DNA from: an uncultured Methanomicrobiales archaeon
GTDB lineage: Archaea > Halobacteriota > Methanomicrobia > Methanomicrobiales > Methanospirillaceae
Direction: 5' to 3'
DNA length: 64,000 bases
Assembly: GCA_963697895.1 (NCBI GenBank)
Contig: OY969100.1
Coordinates: forward strand, 2,016,001-2,080,000
In this document: one piece after another, positions 39,775-51,709 of the stretch
How the letters are laid out: each line of letters begins with the position of its first letter
How positions within the stretch are numbered: position 1 is the first letter of the stretch
Position numbers and translations under genes: made by a program
The notes under the pieces: generated by a model
Seen by the model: the letters and a program-made list of their open reading frames with translations, nothing else
Databases searched by the model: none
Told to the model about the DNA's origin: nothing

Positions 39775-40422
39775 TTAAAATCCGGCGAGAAATTCCCGGA
39801 GAATCACCTCGCAGAGCCGGTTGCTCTCTGCCAGATAATGCTCCGAATCCCCGATGATGACCGCCTGCTCATCTTTGTTCATGCCCGTTATCCAATCCAG
39901 GATAATGTCTTTTGTTAACTCTAGGTGAAACTGCAGACCTACGGCACTCCGGTACCGGAACGCCTGGTGGCGTACCCGGTCACCGGTGCAGATCAGTATG
40001 CCCCCGTCAGGAATCCCGAATGTATCGCAATGGAATTGGAATACCGGAAATGAAGGTGGCAGGGGAAGCCCTCCATGAACCGTTTGAACGGACATCCAAC
40101 CGGTTTCCTGCAGATACGGCATGACCGGCGCACCGAATGCAGCTGCTATCAGCTGAGCGCCGAGGCAGATTCCGAAAACGGGTCGGCCCCTCCGCACATA
40201 CTCCCGTATCAATACCTTTTCTCCGCCAAGAAAAGGAAATTCCTGCTCATCATGCACTCCCATCGGTCCGCCTAAAACGACCAGATGCGATGCAGTAACG
40301 TTCGGAATCTCTGCCGTTTCATAAAGCCGTATACAGGAGTACGGAATCTTCCGTTCTTCCAGGAATGAACAGATGATCCCTGGTGGTTCGGAACCCGAGT
40401 GCTGGAGGATCGCAACCTGCAT
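39775..40422 (-). CDS. Class I glutamine amidotransferase
   Basis: LGGPMG, GICLGAQL, LQFHLE. Confidence 0.88.
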   Translation of the reverse strand: MQVAILQHSGSEPPGIICSFLEERKIPYSCIRLYETAEIPNVTASHLVVLGGPMGVHDEQEFPFLGGEKVLIREYVRRGRPVFGICLGAQLIAAAFGAPVMPYLQETGWMSVQTVHGGLPLPPSFPVFQFHCDTFGIPDGGILICTGDRVRHQAFRYRSAVGLQFHLELTKDIILDWITGMNKDEQAVIIGDSEHYLAESNRLCEVILREFLAGF

Positions 40423-40685
40423 ATCAATCGCGTATTCTGTAGGTGGGTTTCGCATGAAAGATTTTGGGTATCGCAGGCTGTAGGGAAGACTTCTACCTCC
40501 CGGAAGCAGGAGGACCGCCGGTCCGATTGGAATACCGCCGTTCTATGATATCGCAGCATAGGGTTTATCGGAACTGATCTCGGCCAATTTCCTGGCATTG
40601 CAAGACAAATTTTTCACCGTTATCCGTTGGCAAAATCATATGCCTTCGTCTCGCTTATTAGGGTGAAACACCAATAAGAGATGAA

Positions 40686-41693
40686 ATGAAGGCGACATTC
40701 GATGGAAAAGGGGTGATCCTCGGCCCCGACGGCAGGACCCTCTATGAGCAGAGCGGGTACGGGCGGCTGGCCGGGGATGGACTCCGGCTCGCCCCGGAGG
40801 AGGCGCTCTATCTCGTTCACCGGGGCCGGATCGATGTTGCCGGATTCGATTTCAACCAGTTGTTGGCTGTCTTTTGCAGGAAACCGGATATGCTCCGGAA
40901 CTTTCTGGTGTATCGTGATATCCGGGAACGGGGGTATGCAATCCAGACCGGTCCGCACGACTTCCGGGTATTCCGACGGGGGGAACGCCCCGGGACTGGG
41001 GAATCCCGGTATCTCATCCGGGTCCTGTCCGAGCGGCAGCTGATCCATTTTTCCGTACTCTTACAGGAAACAACCACCAGTGCGAAGATGCGGAAGCAAC
41101 ATGTGCTTGCGGTCGTGGATGACGAGAATGAACTCACCTACTATGAGGCGAAGGTTCAGCAGCTGACTGCGATCGCTTCGGCACCGGACTGCCCCTTTCT
41201 TGAGGCATTCCTGGCAGGACGCTCCGCAGTCGTCACGGTATCACCGGATGGACAACCGGTACCCGGATCTCTCGGCATGTGGCTTGATCAGACCAGGCTT
41301 CTTCTCTCCCCGATGGAAACCCTGTATCTGATTCATTCCGGCTGCCTCAGCCTGCAGGGCCTGGAAGGACCGATCGGGGAGGCAGATTATGTTGCTATCG
41401 CTGCAGAGGAAGACCGGGAAATGGTCGAAAAGACGGCAGTCTATGAAGATCTCCGCAAAAATGGGTACGTTCCGCGTACGGGCTACAAATTCGGGCATCA
41501 TTTCCGGGTCTATACGGTGAATAAGGTCCATTCAGATATGCTTGTCCATGCGATCCCGGGAGACGGGAGTCTTCCGATGAGTACCATCTCCCGGTCCGTA
41601 CGGCTTGCCCACAGCGTGAAAAAGAAGATGTTGTTTGGCTGTGTACATTCTACGGGAATTTCGTATCTCGAATTTGCACGTATCAAACTGTGA
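40686..41693 (+). CDS. endA: tRNA-intron endonuclease (alpha2 type)
   Basis: Duplicated fold; TGYKFGHHFRVY, HS and RLAHSVKK catalytic motifs. Confidence 0.92.
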   Translation: MKATFDGKGVILGPDGRTLYEQSGYGRLAGDGLRLAPEEALYLVHRGRIDVAGFDFNQLLAVFCRKPDMLRNFLVYRDIRERGYAIQTGPHDFRVFRRGERPGTGESRYLIRVLSERQLIHFSVLLQETTTSAKMRKQHVLAVVDDENELTYYEAKVQQLTAIASAPDCPFLEAFLAGRSAVVTVSPDGQPVPGSLGMWLDQTRLLLSPMETLYLIHSGCLSLQGLEGPIGEADYVAIAAEEDREMVEKTAVYEDLRKNGYVPRTGYKFGHHFRVYTVNKVHSDMLVHAIPGDGSLPMSTISRSVRLAHSVKKKMLFGCVHSTGISYLEFARIKL

Positions 41694-42959
41694 GTGAACC
41701 CAACAATGGAAGGAGCAATCAATCCCTGGTCAGGCCAGGAATCATTGGATATCGAAAAACTATTCGTCGAATTCGGGATAGAACCGATCGGCACGGTCAT
41801 TGATCAGCTCCCGGTTGTCCCCGACTTCATCCGGCGGGGGATCGTGATCGGTCACCGGGATTATCAGCAGATTGCCATGGCGATCCGGAAGCACCGTCCG
41901 TTTCACATACTGACGGGGTTCATGCCGTCCGGTCACCCCCACCTCGGGCACCTCATGGTGATGAAGGAGGTAGTGTGGCATGTGGAACAGGGGGGGAACG
42001 GCTATGTGACCATTGCCGACCGTGAAGCGCATGCGGTCCGGGATACACCCTGGTCCCTGTGTGAGAGTTACGGGAAGGAGTACCTTTTGTGCCTGTATGC
42101 CCTCGGGTTTGAAGGAAAAACATATTTCCAAAGCCGCAACAAGGAGTTGAGCAACCTGGCGTTTGAATCAGCCATTAAGGTGAACTTCTCGGAATTGCAG
42201 GCGATATATGGCTTTTCGCAGGAAACGACACTCGCACATGCGATGAGCGTCATCACCCAGGTGGCCGACATCCTGTACCCCCAGATCGACGACGGGCCGG
42301 CACCCACTGTCGTCCCGGTAGGTATCGACCAGGACCCCCATATCCGCCTGACCCGGGGCGTGGCGCATAAACTCCGCATGTTTACCATAGTGGACCGGGG
42401 CGATCATGTAAGTGTCCGTTCCAAAAATGCACCGGCAGAAGCGCTCGAAGCGGTCCATGCGGCATTTCCGGGGTCCAAACGATATTCCGGGCATGTGGAC
42501 ATCAGACACCAGCCCTGCGGCACAGTCAGTGAGCGGGTGAGAACGATCGAGCGGGAACATGGCGGGTTTGGATTCTTCACCCCCTCGTCCACTTATCACC
42601 GGTTCATTCCGGGCCTCCAGGGGGGAAAGATGTCGAGTAGCATACCGGAGAGTATCATCAGCTTTACGGAGCCCGAGGAGATGGTCAGAAAGAAGGTGAT
42701 GGCCGCATTGACCGGGGGACGTGCCACGCTCGCCGAACAGAAGAGGATGGGGGGCGAACCTGAGCGCTGCCCCCTCTATCTGCTTAATCTCTTTCATATG
42801 GTATTCGAAGACCGTGAGCTCGAGGAGATACGGCGCCGGTGTATCACCGGGGAGATGCAGTGCGGAACCTGCAAAAAGGAGACTGCGGATCGGGTAATGA
42901 CATTTCTCCGGGAATTCCGGGAAAAGATGGATGCGGTTGCACACCGCGTGGAGGGCTAA
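41694..42959 (+). CDS. trpS: Tryptophanyl-tRNA synthetase
   Basis: TGFMPSGHPHLGH, PVGIDQDPH, KMSSS. Confidence 0.95.
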   Translation: MNPTMEGAINPWSGQESLDIEKLFVEFGIEPIGTVIDQLPVVPDFIRRGIVIGHRDYQQIAMAIRKHRPFHILTGFMPSGHPHLGHLMVMKEVVWHVEQGGNGYVTIADREAHAVRDTPWSLCESYGKEYLLCLYALGFEGKTYFQSRNKELSNLAFESAIKVNFSELQAIYGFSQETTLAHAMSVITQVADILYPQIDDGPAPTVVPVGIDQDPHIRLTRGVAHKLRMFTIVDRGDHVSVRSKNAPAEALEAVHAAFPGSKRYSGHVDIRHQPCGTVSERVRTIEREHGGFGFFTPSSTYHRFIPGLQGGKMSSSIPESIISFTEPEEMVRKKVMAALTGGRATLAEQKRMGGEPERCPLYLLNLFHMVFEDRELEEIRRRCITGEMQCGTCKKETADRVMTFLREFREKMDAVAHRVEG

Positions 42960-44413
42960 TGCAGATGGAACTATCTCTGAATGAAAAAAAACTCCTCGAA
43001 GCGCTGGAGAAAGAAAAAATTGCAGATCCGGCGGCACTTGCGCAGGTCCTGTGTACCCGGGAGGACGCTATAATCCAGCATGCCCATCTGCTTGCTGACC
43101 GGGGACTCGCGGTAGTGGAGCGAACGGTCGTCCCCCGGTATTCCCTGACCGCTGAGGGGATGCAATACCGGGAATCAGGACTGCCCGAACGACAGCTCCT
43201 CGAGTGTTTCGGCGAACGGATACCGATGGCTGAACTGACTGCCAACCCGCTTTCCCGCATCGCGATAGGCCAGATGCGGAAGAAAGGATGGATCCGGATC
43301 CGTGACGGGGTCGTCGAAAAAACCGGGAATGCAGAACCCGGCGAGGATGAGCTCGCCCTCAGTTCACCCGGGGAAGCAGGGAGGGGCATGGATGAGCTGA
43401 TCCGGCGGGGACTCGCGATACGTGAGGATGAGACGAGCTGGCAGGTCCGGATCACACCGGAAGGAACAGCGCTGGTCCGGAGCGGTCTGAAAATAAACGA
43501 AGAGACCGGTACCCTGACACAGGAACAGATCGTGTCGGGAGCATGGCGGACACTCCAGTTCAGGCGCTATGATATTTCGAAACTTCCGAAAAGAGTATAC
43601 CCGGGCAAACTACACCCGTACCAGCGACTGATCAATGAGATGCGGCAGATCCTTCTGGAAATGGGATTTGAAGAGATCTACGGGGATATTGTTCAGAGCT
43701 CGTTCTGGAATTTTGACGCGCTCTTCCAGCCGCAGGATCACCCGGCCCGGGAGATGCAGGATACGTTTTATCTCTCGGAGTGCATCCCGGTGCCGGCAGG
43801 GTATGAGAGAGTACGCGATATGCATGAGCACGGGGGAACCACATCCTCTACCGGGTGGGGAGGGACCTGGAGTACGGAGAAAGCGGAACTCTGCGTCCTT
43901 CGTACTCATACAACCAGTCTCTCGATCCAGCACCTGGCACGCCACCCCGAACCGCCTGTCAAGGCTTTCTGCATAAACAGGGTATATCGGCGTGAAGCGA
44001 TCGACCCCACTCATCTCCCGGAATTCGAACAGCTGGAGGGGATCGTAATGGACCGGGGGGTGAGTTTCCGCAATCTGCTCGGGTTTCTCAAGGAATTTTA
44101 TGGACGAATGGGATTTGAAAATGTCCGGTTCAGGCCGGCATATTTTCCCTACACAGAACCGAGTGTGGAACCGGAGGTGTATGTGGACGGCCTCGGATGG
44201 GTCGAGATGGGAGGTGCGGGGATCTTCCGCCAGGAGGTGACAGCACCCTGGGGGATTGCTTACCCGGTGCTCGCCTGGGGACTCGGAGTCTCCCGGATGG
44301 CGATGCTGACGATGGGTTTGAAGGACCTCCGGATGCTGTACCGGAGTGATATCGAATGGATTCGGGATAGTCCATCTTTTAGGTCAGAATTGGGGATACG
44401 GAGGCGATCCTGA
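42959..44413 (+). CDS. pheS: Phenylalanyl-tRNA synthetase alpha subunit
   Basis: [35 protein letters not shown]. Confidence 0.97.
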   Translation: MQMELSLNEKKLLEALEKEKIADPAALAQVLCTREDAIIQHAHLLADRGLAVVERTVVPRYSLTAEGMQYRESGLPERQLLECFGERIPMAELTANPLSRIAIGQMRKKGWIRIRDGVVEKTGNAEPGEDELALSSPGEAGRGMDELIRRGLAIREDETSWQVRITPEGTALVRSGLKINEETGTLTQEQIVSGAWRTLQFRRYDISKLPKRVYPGKLHPYQRLINEMRQILLEMGFEEIYGDIVQSSFWNFDALFQPQDHPAREMQDTFYLSECIPVPAGYERVRDMHEHGGTTSSTGWGGTWSTEKAELCVLRTHTTSLSIQHLARHPEPPVKAFCINRVYRREAIDPTHLPEFEQLEGIVMDRGVSFRNLLGFLKEFYGRMGFENVRFRPAYFPYTEPSVEPEVYVDGLGWVEMGGAGIFRQEVTAPWGIAYPVLAWGLGVSRMAMLTMGLKDLRMLYRSDIEWIRDSPSFRSELGIRRRS

Positions 44414-46053
44414 TGGCAATCATCAACATCCCCTACCGGTACCTCGAGCAGCTCGTGGGAATTGACCACGCCACGATCCTCTCCCGTCTGCCGATGATCG
44501 GGTCGGACATCGAACGGGTGTTTGAGGATCATGCGGATGTCGAATTCTTCCCGGACCGGCCGGACCTGTTCTCTACGGAAGGGGTAGCGCGGGCGATGCG
44601 GGGGTTCCTTGGTATCGAGACCGGTCTCCCCGAGTACCGGGTCCGTCCGTCTGGGATGAGTTTTACTGTCGACCCGCAACTGGCCTGCATCAGGCCGTAC
44701 CTCGGTTCTGCAGTTATACGAAATGTATCATTCGATGAAGAGTCGATCGAGAGCCTGATGAGCCTTCAGGAGGCATTGCACTGGGCGGTCGGCCGTGGAC
44801 GAAGCAAAGTGGCGATCGGGGTGCACGACCTTGCACGGATCACTCCCCCATTCCATTATATCGCATCCCCCCGCAGCAGGGAGTTTGTTCCGCTCGATTA
44901 TGATCGGCCACTCTCCATGGATGAGATCCTCCGCGAGCACCCGAAGGGCAGACAGTACGCACATATTGTGAATGAACTCCCGTTATTCCCGCTTATCGTG
45001 GATGATTGTGACCGGGTTTTATCATTCCCGCCCATCATCAACGGAGAACTCACGAGGGTAACCAGAGACACGACGGATCTGCTCCTCGACACCACAGGCA
45101 CCGATCAGAAGGCAGTCCTGATGGCCGTGAACATCATCTGCACCGCACTCATCGAGGGTGGAGCCAAGGTAGAAAGCGTGGAGATCGAAGGAGTGCAATG
45201 CCCTGCACTTGCCCCGCAGGCCCGGATGGTAAGTGCCCGGGAATGTGCTGATCTTCTGGGTATCGCCCTCTCCCCGGAATCTCTCGCGGGCCTGCTGGAA
45301 AAGATGCGTTTCGGAGCAGTACCCGCGGATCATGGTATGGTACGGGTATTTGTTCCCTGTTACCGTGCCGATATCATGCATGACTGGGACATCTTTGAGG
45401 ATGCAGCAATTGCACACGGATACGAGAACTTTGAGGGGACGCTTCCCGAGACGTTTACTATCGGAAATGCACACCCGGTCTCGCTGATTGCCGGAATGGC
45501 CCGGCAGATCTGCGTCGGTCTCGGATACCAGGAGGTGATCCCTTTCACGCTGACCAATGAACGGATTCTGTACGGACTGATGCAACGTCCGGTATCCAGG
45601 ACGGCGCTTCGGGTCAGTCATCCTATCAGTGAGGAGCATACGGTGGTGAGGACGGAGATCCTTCCCATGCTCCTGGAGATATGCCGCCTCAACCGTCACC
45701 GTGAACTCCCCCAGCGGCTGTTTGCCACAGGTGATGTGGTCTCCGGCCTCTGTACCCACCAGCAGGCGGCATGCGTAAGTATGCATGCGGGGGCGGATTT
45801 TTCCGAGGCCTATGCATGCGCCGACGGACTCTGCCGGGAGCTGTCCGCCAGCTATGAAGTAGAGGAATCAGAAGATCCTGCATTCATCGAAGGAAGGCGG
45901 GGCAATCTTATCATCGGCGGATGTTGCAGGGGAATATTCGGGGAGATTCATCCGGGGGTTCTGAACGGGTTTGATCTCGAACATCCGGTTGCAGCCCTGG
46001 AACTCGACCTCAGAGCCGTACCGGGATATCCAGCCGGTCCAGATATTCCTTGA
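44413..46053 (+). CDS. pheT: Phenylalanyl-tRNA synthetase beta subunit
   Basis: [34 protein letters not shown]. Confidence 0.96.
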   Translation: MAIINIPYRYLEQLVGIDHATILSRLPMIGSDIERVFEDHADVEFFPDRPDLFSTEGVARAMRGFLGIETGLPEYRVRPSGMSFTVDPQLACIRPYLGSAVIRNVSFDEESIESLMSLQEALHWAVGRGRSKVAIGVHDLARITPPFHYIASPRSREFVPLDYDRPLSMDEILREHPKGRQYAHIVNELPLFPLIVDDCDRVLSFPPIINGELTRVTRDTTDLLLDTTGTDQKAVLMAVNIICTALIEGGAKVESVEIEGVQCPALAPQARMVSARECADLLGIALSPESLAGLLEKMRFGAVPADHGMVRVFVPCYRADIMHDWDIFEDAAIAHGYENFEGTLPETFTIGNAHPVSLIAGMARQICVGLGYQEVIPFTLTNERILYGLMQRPVSRTALRVSHPISEEHTVVRTEILPMLLEICRLNRHRELPQRLFATGDVVSGLCTHQQAACVSMHAGADFSEAYACADGLCRELSASYEVEESEDPAFIEGRRGNLIIGGCCRGIFGEIHPGVLNGFDLEHPVAALELDLRAVPGYPAGPDIP

Positions 46054-46813
46054 CCTGCCGGATCGTCATCTCGCCGTAGTGAAAGACGCTGGCCGCGAGG
46101 CACGCATCTGCCTTTCCTTTCACGAACCCGTCGTAAAAATGGGGAAGAGTCCCGACACCCCCGCTTGCGATGACTGGAATTCCGACCGTTTCAGAGATGG
46201 CCGCGGTGATCGGGATATCAAAGCCCTTTTTGGTTCCGTCCGTCTCCATACTCGTGAGAAGGATCTCGCCCGCTCCCCGCGATTCCGCCTCACATGCCCA
46301 TGTGATGGCATCCATACCGGTCGGGCTGCTCCCGCCATAGATGACCACTTCATACCAGCAGCACCCTTCTCCCAGATCGACAGGCGTTGCATCCGGATTT
46401 TCAGAAAAGTTCCGGCGTACGTCCATGGCAACGACCATGCACTGGGTACCGAACCGTCTTGCCCCGCGGCTGATCAGCGCCGGATCCTGGACCGCGCTCG
46501 TGTTGATACTCACCTTATCGGCACCGGCCCTGAGGATCTGCTGGATATCATCCATACTCCGGATACCGCCACCGACAGTGAGGGGAAGAAAAAGCTTGTC
46601 GGCTGCACGCTGGATCACGTCGATGATTGCACCGCGGTGCTCCTTTGAGGCGGTGATATCCAGAAAGACCACCTCATCCGCACCCTGCTCATTGTACCTT
46701 TCCGCCAGCTCCACCGGGTCTCCGGCATCCCGAAGTTCGAGAAAATGCGTCCCCTTTACCACGCGGCCGTCCTTGAGGTCGAGACAGGGAATGATCCGGC
46801 GTGTCAGTACCAT
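46010..46813 (-). CDS. hisF: Imidazole glycerol phosphate synthase cyclase subunit
   Basis: [35 protein letters not shown]. Confidence 0.97.
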   Translation of the reverse strand: MVLTRRIIPCLDLKDGRVVKGTHFLELRDAGDPVELAERYNEQGADEVVFLDITASKEHRGAIIDVIQRAADKLFLPLTVGGGIRSMDDIQQILRAGADKVSINTSAVQDPALISRGARRFGTQCMVVAMDVRRNFSENPDATPVDLGEGCCWYEVVIYGGSSPTGMDAITWACEAESRGAGEILLTSMETDGTKKGFDIPITAAISETVGIPVIASGGVGTLPHFYDGFVKGKADACLAASVFHYGEMTIRQVKEYLDRLDIPVRL

Positions 46814-47037
46814 GGTAGTACCATCTCTGTGGTCACACAATAAGCGTTGTGTGAGAATACCCGGAGCCACATAGTCGATGGCAAGGCAGGGGAGACGGAT
46901 GAATTGCATGTTTAGCAATGAACGAACGGCGAGGAAAGGATATGTTCAGATATCCGGGTTACAGGTATTTCAGGGGTGCCGGTTCATAATAATGGTTAGA
47001 GGAATAGCGTTCCCTCGGCTGGTGAGCGTGGGAGAAT

Positions 47038-48276
47038 ATGACAGCAGAACTGATGACGGGTGAACAAAAGATCGACTGGGCCAGGCAGTTTATGCCGGTC
47101 CTTTCGTCCATTCGCGAGAAGTTTGAAGAGGAGATGCCGTTTACCGGTATCAGGATAGGCATGGCGCTCCATGTCGAGGCAAAGACCGCAAACCTGGTTG
47201 AGACCCTTGCTGCCGGGGGGGCGCAGGTCTTTATTACCGGTTGCAACCCGCTTTCGACGCAGGACGATGTGGCCGATGCGTTGAACCGGTTGCCGCAGGT
47301 CAGGTGCTATGCACGGCGGGGTGCCTCGGTGGATGAGTATTATGCCGCTATCGACCGGGTCCTCGATGCGGAACCCCAGATCACTATTGATGACGGAATG
47401 GACCTGATACTTCGTATCCATACTCAACGGAAGGAGCTCCTCCCCCGGGTGATAGGGGGTTGCGAAGAGACCACAACGGGTGTCCACCGCCTCCGGTCGA
47501 TGACCCGCGATGGGGATCTTAAATTTCCCGTGATTGCGGTGAATGACACACCGATGAAGCATTTCTTCGATAACGTGCACGGAACCGGCGAGAGCGTGTT
47601 AACCGCGATCATGGTGACCACGAATGTACTCATCGCCGGCAAACGCGTGGTGATCGCAGGATATGGATATTGCGGAAGGGGACTTGCACGGAAGGCACAT
47701 GGTCTCGGTGCACGGGTAATTATCACGGAGATAGACCCCCGTCGGGCTCTGGAGGCATACATGGACGGGTATTCGGTGATGACCATGGATGATGCAGCCC
47801 CGCTCGGGGAGATCTTTGTCACGACCACCGGGGATGAACGGGTGATCACCGAACGGCATTTCCGTCGGATGAAAGACGGGGCGATCCTCGCAAATGCCGG
47901 TCACTTTAATGTGGAGATCGATGTCCAGTGGCTCGAAACACATACGGAGCATAGGGAGGGACGTGAGGGGATCGAAACGTACCGCATCGGTGATACCCGC
48001 ATTCATCTCCTTGCCGAGGGGAGGCTCGTAAATCTCGCGAGTCCGAAGGGCATGGGCCATCCGATCGAGGTGATGGACCTGAGCTTTGCGTTGCAGGCAC
48101 TCTGTTCCCATTACATCCTCGTAAATGGCAGGAACCTCACTCCGGGGATCTATGATGTTCCGGGGGAGATCGATGACCGGGTCGCAGAGCTGAAACTTGA
48201 GGCCCTCGGTATAACCATCGATTCTCTTACTGAGGAACAGCGTACCTATCTGGAGAGCTGGGATGTCGGGACATAG
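47038..48276 (+). CDS. ahcY: S-adenosyl/S-inosyl-homocysteine hydrolase
   Basis: CNPLSTQDD, EETTTG, FDNVHGTGES, GHPIEVMDLSF. Confidence 0.95.
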   Translation: MTAELMTGEQKIDWARQFMPVLSSIREKFEEEMPFTGIRIGMALHVEAKTANLVETLAAGGAQVFITGCNPLSTQDDVADALNRLPQVRCYARRGASVDEYYAAIDRVLDAEPQITIDDGMDLILRIHTQRKELLPRVIGGCEETTTGVHRLRSMTRDGDLKFPVIAVNDTPMKHFFDNVHGTGESVLTAIMVTTNVLIAGKRVVIAGYGYCGRGLARKAHGLGARVIITEIDPRRALEAYMDGYSVMTMDDAAPLGEIFVTTTGDERVITERHFRRMKDGAILANAGHFNVEIDVQWLETHTEHREGREGIETYRIGDTRIHLLAEGRLVNLASPKGMGHPIEVMDLSFALQALCSHYILVNGRNLTPGIYDVPGEIDDRVAELKLEALGITIDSLTEEQRTYLESWDVGT

Positions 48277-48330
48277 CGCACCCCGACCCCTTAACCGGGT
48301 TCTGATCGACCAGTGTCCCTGCACTGTCGT

Positions 48331-49257
48331 TCAGAAGATCTTTTGTCTACGGGCAAATTCCTGAACAATCTTTTTCCGGTTGGAGAAAAGGTATTCCTGT
48401 GCATACCCGGCGTACTCGCCAAAATGTTCCCGGGCAAACCGGCGGAACTGCTCGTAACTCCGGCATTCATGACAACCCGCATATGAATTCCGGAGAATCC
48501 GCTGTATCCAGACATCGACGGGCACCGATTCGTAGTGCCTGAAACCGAAAAGGAGCACGCAATCAGCGACTTTATACCCCACACCCTTCAGGCTGAGAAG
48601 ATCGGCTCGTGCCTCCTCATATGGAAGGGCTGCGATTCTTTGGAAAAATAAAGGGTCATCGTTGATTTTACGGGCTGTTTCACAGAGGTAGGGTGCCCGG
48701 TACCCGACCTTGCACGCCCTCACCGCGCATTCATCAACACGCGAAAGCGATTCCGGCGTGGGAAAACCGAAATACATCCTCCCTTCGAACCGGATCGGGT
48801 CTCCGAAATTGCGGGCAAGGAGTTCAATCCGGTTCCGAATCCCGGGGATATTTGCAAAGGTCGCACAGATATAGGAGGCGAGACATTCCCATCCAGGCTG
48901 CCTGATAATACGGAGTCCCCTGCACCGGTGGATGGCATCGTGGATAAGGGGGTCACGGTCGATCGATGCCAGTATGGGGGGGAGATCGAGGCCGAGCTGG
49001 AAATAATCCCTGATGAATTGTTCGGGGGCTCCGTGATACCGGAGAACTGCCTCCTCCTGCCTGATTTTCATGACGTACGGGCCGACCACTCCGTACCACC
49101 ATCCGTCACGCTTCTCCCACCGGAAGACCTGGCCGCACTGCAGGGTAACATCGAGGTCGAACGGCTGACAGGGATCGAGTGAAATAATCGACTTGTCCTT
49201 ATCCTCTGTTTGCCTGAGCGGGATGCCGGTTTTCATTCCGGAGAAATCGTTGGTCAC
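48331..49257 (-). CDS. 8-oxoguanine DNA glycosylase (Ogg1/AlkA HhH-GPD family)
   Basis: TLQCGQVFRW, LKGVGYKVADCVLLF, PVDVW, YAGYAQEYLF; start uncertain. Confidence 0.88.
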   Translation of the reverse strand: MTNDFSGMKTGIPLRQTEDKDKSIISLDPCQPFDLDVTLQCGQVFRWEKRDGWWYGVVGPYVMKIRQEEAVLRYHGAPEQFIRDYFQLGLDLPPILASIDRDPLIHDAIHRCRGLRIIRQPGWECLASYICATFANIPGIRNRIELLARNFGDPIRFEGRMYFGFPTPESLSRVDECAVRACKVGYRAPYLCETARKINDDPLFFQRIAALPYEEARADLLSLKGVGYKVADCVLLFGFRHYESVPVDVWIQRILRNSYAGCHECRSYEQFRRFAREHFGEYAGYAQEYLFSNRKKIVQEFARRQKIF

Positions 49258-49360
49258 GATCGGATTTATTTCAGCCGACCGGATTCATGAGACCTGCAAG
49301 ATCCTCTCTCTTTCATCCTGCAGGGAGCAGTCTTTTATAGATCAGAACAAATTTACTCGC

Positions 49361-49687
49361 ATGAAAATATCGGAAAATTTACGGTCATTTCTGGAAGGAG
49401 CAGAGGACTGGGAACGAAAACAGACGTCGCTTCCGGGAGTTTCTATCATCAGGCTGCCCAGCACCAAAACGCGGCCCGCATCTCTGGCAATCGAGATCAA
49501 TCCGCTCGATCAGAACGGGCGCCCGATGAAAAAGAAGGGGATCATGATCATGAACAGGGAGGAAGTGAAGGCATTTTCTGAGATCTTTGCCAGCGAGAAG
49601 CTAATCGCGCTCATCGATGCGATGGAAACGGTCATGCCCGAGAAGAAGCTCCAGAAGAAAGGCCAGGCAGAAGTATTGGAGATATAG
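49361..49687 (+). CDS. Hypothetical protein
   Basis: 108-aa ORF (DWERKQTSLPGVSIIRLP...EINPLD..GRPMKKKG) with a TATA-like box upstream. Confidence 0.7.
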   Translation: MKISENLRSFLEGAEDWERKQTSLPGVSIIRLPSTKTRPASLAIEINPLDQNGRPMKKKGIMIMNREEVKAFSEIFASEKLIALIDAMETVMPEKKLQKKGQAEVLEI

Positions 49688-50245
49688 ATGCAGGAGCCGT
49701 ATACCGGCAGGAGGGTTTCGTTTCCTGTAATTCGCACGAGTGCTCTGTATACATCGGGGAAATCGCAGGAATTGAACCCATTATCCTGTTCGAGGATTTG
49801 TGTCTCCTTTTTTTTCATTGCTCTGATCTTCTGCACCGGTATGATCAGCGGGTGCGTAGGGATATCGGAAACTTCCCCTCCCCTCGTCTCATACCACCGT
49901 ACCGGCGGGATCGCCGGTTTCTCGGACGATCTGGCGATTTACGAGAACGGTTCGGTTATGGTGACGGAAAATGGAGTTCCAGGCCACTGCATGCTCGACG
50001 ATGCCAGCATAGAGGGATTGCGGATGATCTTCAGTCAGGCGAATTTCCCGGCACTCGCGGATAACTACCCTGCCCCGACCCCGGGAGCAGATTATTTCCG
50101 CTATACCATCACCTATCAGGGAAAGACGGTGACTACAGAAACAACCGGTGCGCCTCCGGCGCTCGAACCGGTCATCACCATACTCGACAGACTGGTCACC
50201 CGCTGCGGACCCCGGAATGATGGGGGAATCGTGCCGATGCATTAA
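49688..50245 (+). CDS. Predicted lipoprotein, emfourin (protealysin inhibitor)-like
   Basis: Hydrophobic stretch plus ISGC lipobox; YHRTGGIAGF and ADYFRYTIT motifs; start uncertain. Confidence 0.55.
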   Translation: MQEPYTGRRVSFPVIRTSALYTSGKSQELNPLSCSRICVSFFFIALIFCTGMISGCVGISETSPPLVSYHRTGGIAGFSDDLAIYENGSVMVTENGVPGHCMLDDASIEGLRMIFSQANFPALADNYPAPTPGADYFRYTITYQGKTVTTETTGAPPALEPVITILDRLVTRCGPRNDGGIVPMH

Positions 50246-50271
50246 TGCTGACAGGGGAGTTATGAACCATC

Positions 50272-50544
50272 ATGCCAGTAAAACCACAGGTGACCTCCGA
50301 CAGGGCACGCAGAATCGGCGAACGTCTGGGGCTCAAATGGGACAAATTTGATCTGGACCAGTTCAGACGGGGTATGGAAGTAGAGCTGGAACACGGCCTC
50401 CGGGACCCGGTGACGAATGTGACCGATGATGATCTCCTGACAACCGGGAAGATCGCCCTGGCACATCTGAATGAATTTCCGGACTATTACGACCGGCTCG
50501 ATAAAATGGAAGCCGAAGCGGAGCGATTCTGGAAAGGCAAATAA
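50272..50544 (+). CDS. DUF5661-family small protein
   Basis: GMEVELEHG...KIALAHLNEFPDYYDRL. Confidence 0.75.
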   Translation: MPVKPQVTSDRARRIGERLGLKWDKFDLDQFRRGMEVELEHGLRDPVTNVTDDDLLTTGKIALAHLNEFPDYYDRLDKMEAEAERFWKGK

Positions 50545-50769
50545 TCCGCAATGCGATCGCGGCGATTCGCCTCAGCGGGAAATAAGAGCAATAAGGGGCC
50601 GAAAATTCTCAAATGAGTACCTCCTCAATGAGTTAAGAATCCTGAAGGGACTTCCCGCGATAGAAAGACCTCAATCCGGAGTCGAACGAGCAATTCTGGA
50701 TCTTTGCACGGCTAAATCTTGAGATCGCGATAAAAGGCCGGGGGTTCCCGAACACAGCACGCATACGGA

Positions 50770-51441
50770 TTAGTATCCGAGGTGTTCGTTAATCAGGATC
50801 AATGTTACCCTGCCAGGGACCGGTTCATTCGCAAGGATCACACATTTCCCGATACTGCTCGGTATACCGTATGCTTTCTGTGCCCGGGCGTTCTCCAGCG
50901 GGTAAGCAAAATTCCTGACCCGTTCAAGTGCATCGGTGACGGTCGGTACGATCTTATTGACTCCCGCGACGAAGATCAGGTTCTTTGCCGCAATAGGCCA
51001 TGCCCCCACCCGGCTACCGGTCTTGTCGCACCCGACCAGTTCACCGGTGCGAGCGATTGCGTTTACTCCGGATAGAAAATATTCGGCCGTAACAGTCATC
51101 CGCCTGATATCTGCTCGTTTGTTTGCATCGTCTTCGGCATTGACAACCCGGTGAAGGTCTTTCCATCCGGAATCTCCGCTCTGCTGGTACTCCTCAAACC
51201 CGATCTCAACCAGGGTAGTCGATGAGCCGTTCATCACCTCACTTCCGCGGGGGATCAGTTCTCTGATCCATGAAAGCGCTTCAGCCCCGTCCCGAACCTT
51301 TATCACGCGAATATTATGAGCTTCCAGCGCTTTTGTAGTATCGGCGATCTCCTCCTCCGATGGTTCCCGGTTCCATCGCACCGGATCCACCCCCGCTTCG
51401 GAGAAGAGGTGGATGGCACTGTATTGCGTTACCTCTGCCAT
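50770..51441 (-). CDS. LUD-domain (lactate utilization family) protein
   Basis: GSSTTLVEIG, SGVNAIARTGE, DKTGSRV, VAGVNKIV. Confidence 0.85.
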   Translation of the reverse strand: MAEVTQYSAIHLFSEAGVDPVRWNREPSEEEIADTTKALEAHNIRVIKVRDGAEALSWIRELIPRGSEVMNGSSTTLVEIGFEEYQQSGDSGWKDLHRVVNAEDDANKRADIRRMTVTAEYFLSGVNAIARTGELVGCDKTGSRVGAWPIAAKNLIFVAGVNKIVPTVTDALERVRNFAYPLENARAQKAYGIPSSIGKCVILANEPVPGRVTLILINEHLGY

Positions 51442-51709
51442 GGTATCCTCGTTATGCATCTCTCCTTTATCGGGGTGCTATATAGGTATGACGCAATCCT
51501 GTGGTATCCTCGTCAGTCGGATTAGGAATCGACGGTATTAAGGCACAGGATCAATCGGAATAAGTCGGGAAATGTGACCCTTTTTTCAAAAATAGTGAAC
51601 GGAGCTATCGGGTCAGGATAACATCACCCGGATCTATCGTCAGAAGAGAGGCGAGGTCGGGTTATCCACTGCGGATACGCCCTGATGGACCGCTGCCGAA
51701 GGGATCTGA

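Noticed and set aside
46010-46053. 44-bp convergent 3' overlap of pheT and hisF
   Set aside because: Common in compact archaeal genomes; both proteins appear complete.
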